A program made the translations under genes and the position numbers. A stretch of DNA of 64,000 nucleotides from an uncultured Planctomycetia bacterium (GTDB taxonomy: Bacteria > Omnitrophota > Gorgyraeia > Duberdicusellales > 4484-171): contig CAZWON010000006.1 of the NCBI GenBank assembly GCA_964635565.1, positions 10,837-74,836 of the forward strand, in the 5' to 3' direction. The notes under the pieces were generated by a model. The model made no database searches. It was given only the letters and a program-made list of their open reading frames with translations, and was not told the origin of the DNA. Positions 50,221-60,469 of the stretch are shown in pieces. Position 1 is the stretch's first letter; every line of letters begins with the position of its first letter.

Positions 50221-50617
50221 CTCTTCCTAAAGAATACAAATCATAATCAGGTTTATGCCTTCCTGGAGAAACATACCGATATTTTCTCCCCCACGGATCA
50301 AGGGGTTCCTTTTCTAAATAAGGACCATTCCAGTTTGGTGCCCCTGAAGGTTTCTTCAAAAGAGCTTCTAAGCCCTCATCAGTAGTAGGAAAAACTCCAT
50401 TATCCAGCTCATAAAGCTTAAGAGCAGTAGCGATATTAACCTGAATATCTGCTTTAGCAGCTGCTCTTCTTGCCTGTTCTCCTCTTCCTGCAAGACGAGG
50501 AAACACCATTGCTACTAATGCACCAATAATAATAACTACAAGCATAAGCTCAATAAGGGTAAATCCTTTAGATACAATAATTTTCTGGCCAATATATCTT
50601 ATCTTCATTATTAACAC
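50180..50617 (-). CDS. gspG: Type II secretion major pseudopilin GspG
   Basis: KG|FTLIELMLVVIIIGAL prepilin site. GspG C-terminal signature DPWGRKYRYVSPGRHKPDYDLYSLGRDGKESEDDITNW. Confidence 0.85.
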   Translation of the reverse strand: MLIMKIRYIGQKIIVSKGFTLIELMLVVIIIGALVAMVFPRLAGRGEQARRAAAKADIQVNIATALKLYELDNGVFPTTDEGLEALLKKPSGAPNWNGPYLEKEPLDPWGRKYRYVSPGRHKPDYDLYSLGRDGKESEDDITNWE

Positions 50618-50629
50618 CTCCTTAAATCT

Positions 50630-51478
50630 TTAATCTTTACGATAGTATTTTTTCCATTCTCTCTCTAAATCCTCGATAGTATTAAAATAGTTTGCGTAAG
50701 AAGTGCGCAATGCCTCCTCTATGCTTTTACCATCACGTAACTGACGACAAAAATCTGTAAATCTCTTATTCCCATATTTCTCAATTAGGAAGCCTACCAG
50801 TGATACTGCCTCTAAATAGTAAAGATTAATAAGGTTTTTGCCTGTCATAATAAGAACTAAGGGAATACCGTTATCATTGGTATAACGGACATATATTTTA
50901 TCAGTAGACTTTATATTTCTTATGTCCATTTTCATCATATCACGCAGAGAAAGCAATGTTTTCTTTCTAAATGTATCATTTATTATATCCTCTATTGCGT
51001 CTCTCTTTGATTTTTCTTCCCACTGGGCAATTCCTTCATCAAGCCACAGAGGGATAAAGCTTGTAAACCCTACGAAATCTCTAAACATAAGGTGAGTAAT
51101 CTCATGAGGTAAAATGGAATCAAGGAATCCTTTACCCCTAAAATAACCCATAATTATCTTTTTGGTATAATCCGCCATACCATGAGACCAGTTAGGCATA
51201 TTACTTGCTTTAAGATAAGATTGGTGACTGGGATAGATGTATATCCTTACTCTTTTATCCCACAGCCAGAACTTCGAATAACGTTCATAACCTAAATCCC
51301 GGGCAATATCTATATAATATTTTTCTGCACAGGAGAGAACTTCTTGAGCAAAGGATAAATGCTGAGGATAATAATACACGATAAAATGTGTTCCTTTAAG
51401 TCGAGAAAAATCATCCTCTGCAAAAAGGAGAGAGTTAAAACTTAAAAAGAAAAGAATAAAAACTATTATCCTCTTCAT
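50630..51478 (-). CDS. Secreted peptidase-MA-like zinc metalloprotease
   Basis: Signal peptide. HEITH followed by WLDEGIAQW, which matches the Peptidase_MA_2 pattern HExxH ... W.xEG.A. Confidence 0.55.
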   Translation of the reverse strand: MKRIIVFILFFLSFNSLLFAEDDFSRLKGTHFIVYYYPQHLSFAQEVLSCAEKYYIDIARDLGYERYSKFWLWDKRVRIYIYPSHQSYLKASNMPNWSHGMADYTKKIIMGYFRGKGFLDSILPHEITHLMFRDFVGFTSFIPLWLDEGIAQWEEKSKRDAIEDIINDTFRKKTLLSLRDMMKMDIRNIKSTDKIYVRYTNDNGIPLVLIMTGKNLINLYYLEAVSLVGFLIEKYGNKRFTDFCRQLRDGKSIEEALRTSYANYFNTIEDLEREWKKYYRKD

Positions 51479-52687
51479 TTATCTAACCATAATATTTATT
51501 TGAAAAATAGGAAGGAGCATTGCCAGCACAATAAAACCTACAATTGAACCTATAAAAAGAATCATTATGGGTTCTAAAACAGTAGTGAAAACCTTTGTTC
51601 CTTCTTCTAATTCTTCCTCATAAATTGTGGCTAATTCTCCTAATGTCTCGTCCAACCTGCCTGATTCTTCTCCAATAGAAATCAAACTCGTAACAAAAGG
51701 AGGAAACATTTTTGACTGCCCCAAAGATGTTCCCAGCGATGCGCCATCTTCTAACTCTTTTATACTTTTCAAAAACTCACTCTTTATAACCTCATTATTC
51801 AAGATAGGAATGACAAGATTTAACCCTCTTAGTATAGGGATTCCACTTTTTATTAGAATTTCTAAGGTCCTACTTAAAAGGGCTATATCCTTTTTAAAAA
51901 CAAAATCTTTTAATACAGGAATACGTAACTTTAAAATACTTAAAAAAACCCTAACCTCTTTTCTCTTTCTCTGCCGAAGATAAATAAGAAGAAATACACA
52001 TAAAGAAATTACTATAAGGGGCCATTTTTCTTTTAGGAGAGTACTTAAAGAAATTAGAATACGTGTAGGTAAAGGAAGTTGGGAACCTAATTCAGAAAAA
52101 ATATTCATAAGGCGAGGGACCACAAAAGAAAGCATAAATATCACTGTTCCCACCCCTACTAATAACATGATTATAGGATAAACCAAAGCAATTTTTACTT
52201 TAGAAAATATATCTGCTTGCTTCTGACGATAATTTGCAATCCTTAATAAAACCTCCTCTAATTTACCACTATCCTCTCCTGCTTTTACCATAGAAGTATA
52301 AAAATTAGAAAATACCATAGGAAATTTGGCTAATGCAGAAGAGAAACTCTGGCCTTCTTTTATCTCGGAATGCAATTTTAGAACAACTCTCTTAAAATAA
52401 CTATTTTGCATCTGGTGAGAAATTATTTCCAAAGCTCTTAGGATAGGAACCCCTGCTTTAATAAGAATAGCTATCTGTCTCGTAAATACTGTAATTGTGC
52501 GAAAACTTACCCTTTTAAATAAAACTCTTTTAGAAGGAATATCTTTAAGAACTTTTTCTTCTAATCTTACAGGAAAATATCCCATTTCTTCTATTTTCTT
52601 AAGTGCTGATTCTTTGTTAGATGCTTCTATTTCTCCTTCAACTACTGTCTGGGGGTCAGTTTTTGCACGATAATAATAGATAGCCAT
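51479..52687 (-). CDS. gspF: Type II secretion / type IV pilus platform protein GspF/PilC
   Basis: Two GspF repeats. Three TM segments. Length 402 aa. Confidence 0.85.
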   Translation of the reverse strand: MAIYYYRAKTDPQTVVEGEIEASNKESALKKIEEMGYFPVRLEEKVLKDIPSKRVLFKRVSFRTITVFTRQIAILIKAGVPILRALEIISHQMQNSYFKRVVLKLHSEIKEGQSFSSALAKFPMVFSNFYTSMVKAGEDSGKLEEVLLRIANYRQKQADIFSKVKIALVYPIIMLLVGVGTVIFMLSFVVPRLMNIFSELGSQLPLPTRILISLSTLLKEKWPLIVISLCVFLLIYLRQRKRKEVRVFLSILKLRIPVLKDFVFKKDIALLSRTLEILIKSGIPILRGLNLVIPILNNEVIKSEFLKSIKELEDGASLGTSLGQSKMFPPFVTSLISIGEESGRLDETLGELATIYEEELEEGTKVFTTVLEPIMILFIGSIVGFIVLAMLLPIFQINIMVR

Positions 52688-52696
52688 CTATTCTCC

Positions 52697-52785
52697 TTCT
52701 TAGCTCATAGCTGTTAGCTCATAGCTCATATTTTTAAGCAAGGAAAGAGCTAAAGAATGAGCTATGAGCTATTCCATTATTCTTT
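52697..52785. repeat. Perfect 14-bp inverted repeat (AGCTCATAGCTCAT / ATGAGCTATGAGCT) plus box element between gspE and gspF
   Basis: Arms at 52716..52729 and 52757..52770 with a 27-nt loop. Followed by gagctattccattattc. A related element lies at 60470..60625. Confidence 0.75.
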
Positions 52786-52787
52786 TA

Positions 52788-54896
52788 TTATTTCTCTTCC
52801 CTAACAAAATAGTTTATTCGTGTTCTTTCACTTCCTGTAAGGTCCAAAAAACAAATACCTATCTCATATCTATCTATTTCCTCAGCAGGTTTAGACCAGA
52901 CAACTTTAGCTAAACATACAATAGGGTCTTTACCATCAGGTAACTCCATATTAACCTCTAAGATTGAACCTATGGGGATTTCTTCAGGAGCAATAAAAGC
53001 AACACCTCCCGCACTGATATTTTTTGTCGTAGTAAATTTATCCCATAAATATCCTTTTTTGGTAAGTTCCTCTTTTGATTTTATAATACGATAAAGAATA
53101 CGAATACGGGCATCTAATCTTTTAAAAGCCCGCTGTTCTAAAAAAATACTGGCTTCTCTTAAAGAAGTCTTTTCTTCATAAAGAAACCTCTTATCTTCAC
53201 TTGATACTACTCTCATAACCTCTTCAGGGGTGGTTATTCCTTCCATAACTTTATACCAACCATCTTGCCTTAAAGTATTCATACCTCTTTGAATAGCAAT
53301 CTTTTTTATTTCCTCTGAAGGAGCTCTTTCTATTACTAAATTTCTAATTACCTCGTCCATTAAAAGAATCTCATATATACCTGTTCTACCCAGATAACCC
53401 GTAAAATTGCATTTCTCACAGCCTCTACCTTTAAAAATTCTTAACTCTTCTGGTGAGGTTAATGACAAATCTTGTGCAATTTGGTTTTTAAGTTCAACGG
53501 ATAACTCTTTATCGTCCTCTTTACAATGAGGACAAATTACTCGCACCAATCTCTGAGCAATGAACGCTTCAATACTTGAGGAAACAAGATAAGGTTCTAT
53601 CCCAACATCAATTAACCTAGCTACCCCACTAGCAGAATCTTTAGTATGAAGAGTAGAAAACACCAAATGGCCTGTTAAAGCCATTCTTATGGCAATCTCT
53701 GCGGTCTCTAAGTCGCGTACCTCTCCTACCATAATAATATCAGGATCATGCCTTAAAATACTACGTAACCCACGGGCAAAATCTAAACCTATATCTGGCG
53801 CTACTTGTATCTGAGTAATACCTTTGAGTTCATATTCAATGGGGTCCTCAATAGTAATAATCTTTCTATCGCGGGTATTAAGTTTGCTTAAGCAAGCATA
53901 AAGAGTTGTGGTCTTACCACTTCCTGTAGGGCCAGTAATAAAAATAATACCGTTGGGTTTTGAGATGAGTCTCTCTACAATCTTTAAATCATTATCAGAA
54001 AACCCTAATCTTTCTAAACTGAAAAGCATTTTTGTAGGAAGAATTCTAATCACCATGCTTTCTCCATAAGGAGTAGGAAGGGTAGAAATTCTTAAATCTA
54101 AATTCTGCTCCCGCGTCTTAACTATTGTACGACCATCCTGAGGAAGCCGTTTTTCTACAATATTGAGATTGCACATTATTTTTATACGGGAAATAATGGG
54201 TAGAATAAATTTCTTTACTTCTTTAGAAATATTGGCATCGTACAATACTCCATCAATACGATAACGAATAGAAACCTCTCCTCGGTAAGGTTCAATATGA
54301 ATATCGGTAGCTCTTCTTTTATAAGCTTCAAATATTATCTGATTAACTAACTTCATTATAGAAGCATCTTCGGCTAACTCTTCTATATCTTCTATTTCTT
54401 TTACCGTAAAATCTTTCGGTTTGGTAGAGAGAGAAATTTTATCCACGGTATCTGCTCCTAAACCATAATGACGTTTTAAACTCTCATAAATATCCTCCTC
54501 TAAGGAAAGTTTCATTTCTATATTACATCCCAAGTGAATCATCAACTCATCCTGGGTCTTTATATTAAAAGGATAGGCAACTGCGATAACTAAAGTATTG
54601 TTTTTCTTAAGTTGCAAAGGGAAAAAGTGATAATAAAAAGCAATGCGTGCCGATACTTTCTTTAATGCTTCTTTATCTAAAGAGAGATTATTCAAATCCA
54701 CTACTTCTAAAGCTAATTCTTCAGCTAAAGCATTTAAAGCTGTTTTTTTATCAACGATTCCTTTTTTAGAAATAGCCAAGATAAAACTTTCTTTAGTAGA
54801 TGCTATTTCTTTCGCAACCTCCTCTGCCACTTCAGAAGAAATTACTCCTCTTTTAACAAGAATGCTCTTAATTTGTGTATCATATCTTCCTGCCAT
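52788..54896 (-). CDS. gspE: Type II secretion ATPase GspE with a C-terminal PilZ domain
   Basis: T2SSE_N N-terminal domain. Walker A GPTGSGKTT. Tetracysteine CPHC ... CEKC. The C-terminal ~125 aa carry PilZ motifs RAFKR (RxxxR) and NISAGG (D/NxSxGG). Confidence 0.85.
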   Translation of the reverse strand: MAGRYDTQIKSILVKRGVISSEVAEEVAKEIASTKESFILAISKKGIVDKKTALNALAEELALEVVDLNNLSLDKEALKKVSARIAFYYHFFPLQLKKNNTLVIAVAYPFNIKTQDELMIHLGCNIEMKLSLEEDIYESLKRHYGLGADTVDKISLSTKPKDFTVKEIEDIEELAEDASIMKLVNQIIFEAYKRRATDIHIEPYRGEVSIRYRIDGVLYDANISKEVKKFILPIISRIKIMCNLNIVEKRLPQDGRTIVKTREQNLDLRISTLPTPYGESMVIRILPTKMLFSLERLGFSDNDLKIVERLISKPNGIIFITGPTGSGKTTTLYACLSKLNTRDRKIITIEDPIEYELKGITQIQVAPDIGLDFARGLRSILRHDPDIIMVGEVRDLETAEIAIRMALTGHLVFSTLHTKDSASGVARLIDVGIEPYLVSSSIEAFIAQRLVRVICPHCKEDDKELSVELKNQIAQDLSLTSPEELRIFKGRGCEKCNFTGYLGRTGIYEILLMDEVIRNLVIERAPSEEIKKIAIQRGMNTLRQDGWYKVMEGITTPEEVMRVVSSEDKRFLYEEKTSLREASIFLEQRAFKRLDARIRILYRIIKSKEELTKKGYLWDKFTTTKNISAGGVAFIAPEEIPIGSILEVNMELPDGKDPIVCLAKVVWSKPAEEIDRYEIGICFLDLTGSERTRINYFVREEK

Positions 54897-54946
54897 ATTT
54901 TTATTTATTTTTTACATAACTTATTGTTAATCAAAACAATATGTAA

Positions 54947-55579
54947 TCACCGCCTCCTACTTCCTGCCTTATTCTTTCTTATCCAATTAAGCAGAGCTTC
55001 TGCATAATCATCTCTACCAAGAGCTCTTAAACGTTTTACTTCTTTTAGGGCACTTGCCTTATCTCCACTATTAAAATAGGCTCCTCCTAAAGCTACATAA
55101 GCATTAAAATAATCGGGCTTAAGCATTGTGCATTTCTTCAATGACTGAACCGCTTTATTATAATCTTTCATACTCATATAAACAAGACCTAAATGATAAT
55201 ATAACAAGGGATTTTTTGGCTGAATAATTCTTGCTTTCATAAAATATCTGATTGCTTCTTCATAATCTTTTTTAGAAGCGAAAATTAACGCTAAGTTATA
55301 ATAAGCACTAAAACTTTTAGGATTAAGTTTTATAACTTTCTTATAACAACTAATTGCTTTGTTATAATCTTTTTTTAGCCCGTAAATAAGCCCTAACTGT
55401 AAATAAGCAATACTATGGGAAGGGTCAATTTTTATAATTTCTTTATATTCTCTTATAGCAGAATCATAATCCTGTTTTTTAACATAAGCATTAGCCTTTT
55501 CGAACCTATCAGCAATCTCGCCGCAAAAAGCATTAAATGAGAATAAAAATATTAGTAAAAATAAATTTATTAACTTCAT
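54947..55579 (-). CDS. TPR-repeat protein with signal peptide (PilF/PilW-like candidate)
   Basis: Signal peptide ending FNAFC. Five to six TPR units (AIREYKEIIKIDPSHSIAYLQLGLIY and so on). Directly upstream of gspE. Confidence 0.65.
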   Translation of the reverse strand: MKLINLFLLIFLFSFNAFCGEIADRFEKANAYVKKQDYDSAIREYKEIIKIDPSHSIAYLQLGLIYGLKKDYNKAISCYKKVIKLNPKSFSAYYNLALIFASKKDYEEAIRYFMKARIIQPKNPLLYYHLGLVYMSMKDYNKAVQSLKKCTMLKPDYFNAYVALGGAYFNSGDKASALKEVKRLRALGRDDYAEALLNWIRKNKAGSRRR

Positions 55580-55606
55580 TATTCTCTCCTCCTTATAGGT
55601 ATTCCA

Positions 55607-57013
<1,407 letters not shown>

Positions 57014-57027
57014 TTAATAACCAATTT

Positions 57028-57090
57028 ATAGCTTATGGTTTTTTAGTAGAAACTAAAAAGTTAAACCATAAGCTAAATTTTATTTGCTAT
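57028..57090. repeat. 13-bp perfect hairpin (TAGCTTATGGTTT / AAACCATAAGCTA) plus box element between atpG and atpD
   Basis: Arms at 57029..57041 and 57063..57075. Followed by aattttatttgctatttact, which is shared with 60590..60612. Confidence 0.7.
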
Positions 57091-57104
57091 TTACTACAAG
57101 TATT

Positions 57105-57959
57105 TTACTTCTGTGCTTTCCGCTCAAAAATCATTCTTGCTGCAAATAATTCTCTCATACTTCTATCGGTTAATTCATGACGGAGACGAAAATATTTATA
57201 TTTCAGTTTCTCATCCAGTTCTTCAATTTTATGAGTGCAATCTTCTAAATGCATAAATCGAGCAGCAAACTCAGCCAATCTACTCATCATAAGAATTTCA
57301 TATATTCTTTTTACTATCCAGAGATAAATTAAATATTCCACTACTTGCTCTATATAAGACTCCCAAACAAATCCATAAATATCTATTTGTTTGTTACCCT
57401 CTTTAAGGTGACCACAAGGTAGAAGGGTTTCTATCTCTACTCGCTGAACAGCTAAAGAGTACGCTTTAGGATAAATTATCTTAACTTTACCTATACTACC
57501 TTTTATCACTTCTTTTAATATATAACTCTGAAGAGCTACTGCCTGTTCACCAACATAGTCTTCTTTAATTCCTTCCATATATACACAATTTATCCCTCTT
57601 TCTCGCACATAGATTCTTCCTCTCTCTCCTACAACAATAAGCCTTCCTTTCTGTTTTGATAGCTCAATAAATGCTTTATTTATTACCTGCATATTAAGTC
57701 CCCCTAAAAGCCCTGCGTCAGAAGTGATAGCAATAACTCCTAAAAGGTTGCTTGAAGGTGTAATAAAGGGATGGGATATATCTTTTAAATCTATACTGCC
57801 AAGAAATTCTTCTACTACCCGAGAAAACTTCTCAAAAGGATGAACTTTTCCTTCAAAAGCATAAAATTGAGAAATGGCGATCCCTTTAAGAACTTTAAGA
57901 AGCTCGGCTAACCCTTTGTAGAAATCCCTATCCCTTTTTACATCAGAAATAAAAGCCAT
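57105..57959 (-). CDS. atpG: F-type ATP synthase gamma subunit (divergent)
   Basis: Length 284 aa. C-terminal helix LAEFAARFMHLEDCTHKIEEL aligns with the gamma EHAARMxAM block. Sits between alpha and beta. Confidence 0.7.
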   Translation of the reverse strand: MAFISDVKRDRDFYKGLAELLKVLKGIAISQFYAFEGKVHPFEKFSRVVEEFLGSIDLKDISHPFITPSSNLLGVIAITSDAGLLGGLNMQVINKAFIELSKQKGRLIVVGERGRIYVRERGINCVYMEGIKEDYVGEQAVALQSYILKEVIKGSIGKVKIIYPKAYSLAVQRVEIETLLPCGHLKEGNKQIDIYGFVWESYIEQVVEYLIYLWIVKRIYEILMMSRLAEFAARFMHLEDCTHKIEELDEKLKYKYFRLRHELTDRSMRELFAARMIFERKAQK

Positions 57960-57973
57960 TTATTATTATTTAC

Positions 57974-59461
57974 CTAACCCTTCTTACTAAAATACTTCTG
58001 TAAGAAAGAATATAATACTTCCTGAATTTTATCAGTAACAATCTTCTGTTCTCGTAATCTAGAAATAACTTCAGGATATTCTTTCCTAAGAGCATACAGA
58101 CAATACTGCTTAAAATCCCTGATTTCTGAAGAAGAAAGATTATCCAGTATTCCCAAACTTAAGGCATAAAGATAAATTATCTGCTCCTCAATCTCAATAG
58201 GAGCATTTTTAGGCTGGATAAGAAGATGAGTTATTATTTCTCCTCTTTTTAAAGAACGTTCCGCCTCTTTAGAAAGACTGGTAGCACGTAGCTGTGTCAT
58301 CTGAAGAAGCTCTTTGTACTGAAGATACCCCAAACGCAAGTTTCTACTTAAAGCTTTCATTGCTGGCCATTGTGCTTTACTGCCAATACGGGAGACAGAA
58401 AGACCTAAATCAATTGCTGGTCTAAATCCTTTATTAAAGAGTGAGGTGCTAAAATATATTTGGCCATCGGTCATAGAAATAATATTTGTAGAAATATATC
58501 CGGTGACATCCCCATGTTGAATCTCTACAATAGGGAAAAAAGTCATTGAACCCCCTCCTAATTCAGGGCGAAGTTGACCTGCTCTTTCCATAAGTTGAGA
58601 ATGAATATAGAAAATGTCTCCCGGATAAGCTTCTCTACCTGGCGCTCTTCCTAAGAGCAAAGATATCTGCCTGTAGACCCAGGCATGACGGGTCAAATCA
58701 TCAAAAACAACAAGAACATCTTTTCCTTTATGCATAAAATATTCTCCCAGCATGCAAGCGGTATAAGGAGCAAGGTATTGTTCTCCTGCTGAAGTAGAAG
58801 CAACACCGCTTACTACAATTGTATAGGAAATAGCATCTTTTTCTTTTAGAATATCCAGAATCTTAACTAAATTAGAATAAGGTTTGCCAATGCAACAATA
58901 TATACACACTACATTTTTACCTTTCTGATTAAGAATAGTATCTATAGCTACGGTGGTTTTACCTGTTAATCTATCTCCAATAAGTAGCTGGCGCTGGCCT
59001 TTACCAATGGGGATAGTAGCATCTATGGTAAGTATTCCTGTTTCAAGAGTTCTATCTACAGGAACCCTATCTAATACCCCAGGTGCATCTCTAAAAACAG
59101 GATATAATCTATCTGTTTTAATCTCTCCCAACCCGTCCTGAGGCTGACAAAGACTGTCTACTACTCTACCTAAGAAAGCTTCTCCCACAGGAAGCGATAG
59201 AAACTGACCTTTATTATAAACCTCTTCTCCTGCTTTTATATCTACAGCAGAACCTAAAACAAGAATCTGAACTTCATCTTCAACAAATCCAATGACTATG
59301 CCTTTAAGACCATTAAAAAATTCAACCATCTGACCATTAACACAACTAGGTATACCACGAGCAAAAACAATAAATTTCTGGACTGATTTTATAGTCCCTA
59401 CTTCACGAATATCTACAGAATAATTAATATTTTGGTTTAAGTTATTTATCCCTTCTTCCAT
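57974..59461 (-). CDS. atpA: F-type ATP synthase alpha subunit
   Basis: P-loop GDRLTGKTTVAIDTILNQ. Blocks LAPYTACMLGEYF, YRQISLLLGRAPGREAYPGD. Confidence 0.9.
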   Translation of the reverse strand: MEEGINNLNQNINYSVDIREVGTIKSVQKFIVFARGIPSCVNGQMVEFFNGLKGIVIGFVEDEVQILVLGSAVDIKAGEEVYNKGQFLSLPVGEAFLGRVVDSLCQPQDGLGEIKTDRLYPVFRDAPGVLDRVPVDRTLETGILTIDATIPIGKGQRQLLIGDRLTGKTTVAIDTILNQKGKNVVCIYCCIGKPYSNLVKILDILKEKDAISYTIVVSGVASTSAGEQYLAPYTACMLGEYFMHKGKDVLVVFDDLTRHAWVYRQISLLLGRAPGREAYPGDIFYIHSQLMERAGQLRPELGGGSMTFFPIVEIQHGDVTGYISTNIISMTDGQIYFSTSLFNKGFRPAIDLGLSVSRIGSKAQWPAMKALSRNLRLGYLQYKELLQMTQLRATSLSKEAERSLKRGEIITHLLIQPKNAPIEIEEQIIYLYALSLGILDNLSSSEIRDFKQYCLYALRKEYPEVISRLREQKIVTDKIQEVLYSFLQKYFSKKG

Positions 59462-59467
59462 TATTAT

Positions 59468-60193
59468 TTAAACTTCATTTATTAGCTGGCGTGCTCCTTC
59501 CTTTATCTTCCACTTCAAACTAGCATCAATTACTAAACTTCCTATATTAATTAATAAACCAGACAATAAAGAAACGTCTTTTTCCTTTATAAACTCTATG
59601 TTCTTGCCTATTTTTTCCTTTAACTTAGAAGAAATAACATCAAACTTACTATCATCAAGGTCAAAAGCGCTTTTTATTACTGCAAAGGAGGCATCTACAT
59701 TTTGAGAAATGCTCAATTTATCAATCCCTGCATGAATAAATTCATCCACTAAATGATTATGTAATATTAAACGGACCTCTTGGCTAAGTGCTTTATCCAA
59801 TAAACTAACTGCTTCCTCTATTGCCTTTTCTTTGATTTTTCTTTCCATTTCCAAAATAAGATTCTGGCGAGCTTTTTCTGCCTGTTTTATCATTTCTTCA
59901 CTTTCCTGGCGGGCCTTCTCAATAATCTTCTCTTTCTGGGCGTTAGCTGATTGCTGAATTGCTTGCTTAATCTTTTCTGCTTCTTCTTTTGCTTCAGAAA
60001 TTTTCTTCTGATACATCTGGTTTATCTCATCTAAACGTTTATCTACCTCTTCCTGTTTTTTCATGTAATCTCTGGTAAGAACATCTAAATGCTGTGTAGC
60101 AGAAGTTATGTTTTTGGATAAAACTTTTTTAAGCAAGAATACAAGAAAAGCAAATATAATAACCTGAAATACTATTAAAACTACAAGCAACAT
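59468..60193 (-). CDS. atpF: F-type ATP synthase subunit b fused to a delta (OSCP) C-terminal-domain-like region
   Basis: N-terminal TM and charged coiled coil (b-like). The C-terminal approximately 100 aa (DVSLLSGLLINIGSLVIDASLKWKI) resemble the delta C-terminal domain. No separate delta gene is present. Confidence 0.6.
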   Translation of the reverse strand: MLLVVLIVFQVIIFAFLVFLLKKVLSKNITSATQHLDVLTRDYMKKQEEVDKRLDEINQMYQKKISEAKEEAEKIKQAIQQSANAQKEKIIEKARQESEEMIKQAEKARQNLILEMERKIKEKAIEEAVSLLDKALSQEVRLILHNHLVDEFIHAGIDKLSISQNVDASFAVIKSAFDLDDSKFDVISSKLKEKIGKNIEFIKEKDVSLLSGLLINIGSLVIDASLKWKIKEGARQLINEV

Positions 60194-60251
60194 CTACTCC
60201 TCCTATTTTATTTTCATTGATACCTAATTACTTATATATAGGGTATAATCT

Positions 60252-60467
60252 TTAAGGAGTAAGAATCTGAAAAACAATCAGCATCGCAATAATAGCTAAG
60301 CTCTGGGCAAATACAAGACCTACCACCATTGCAGTAAAAATCTTAGGAGCAGCAGAGGGATTTCTCCCTAAGGCATTGATACTGGCAAATATTCCTGCAG
60401 CAAAAACAGCACACGGTCCTAAAATGCATAACCCAAAAATTACAATCAGTGCTAAATTTCTACTCAT
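60252..60467 (-). CDS. atpE: F-type ATP synthase c subunit, with Gln at the conserved carboxylate position
   Basis: Two-helix hairpin. The ALGRNP loop aligns with the RQP/RNP loop. The residue 20 positions after the loop Arg is Q55 (CAG at 60305..60303), where E/D is expected. Confidence 0.75.
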   Translation of the reverse strand: MSRNLALIVIFGLCILGPCAVFAAGIFASINALGRNPSAAPKIFTAMVVGLVFAQSLAIIAMLIVFQILTP

Positions 60468-60469
60468 AT

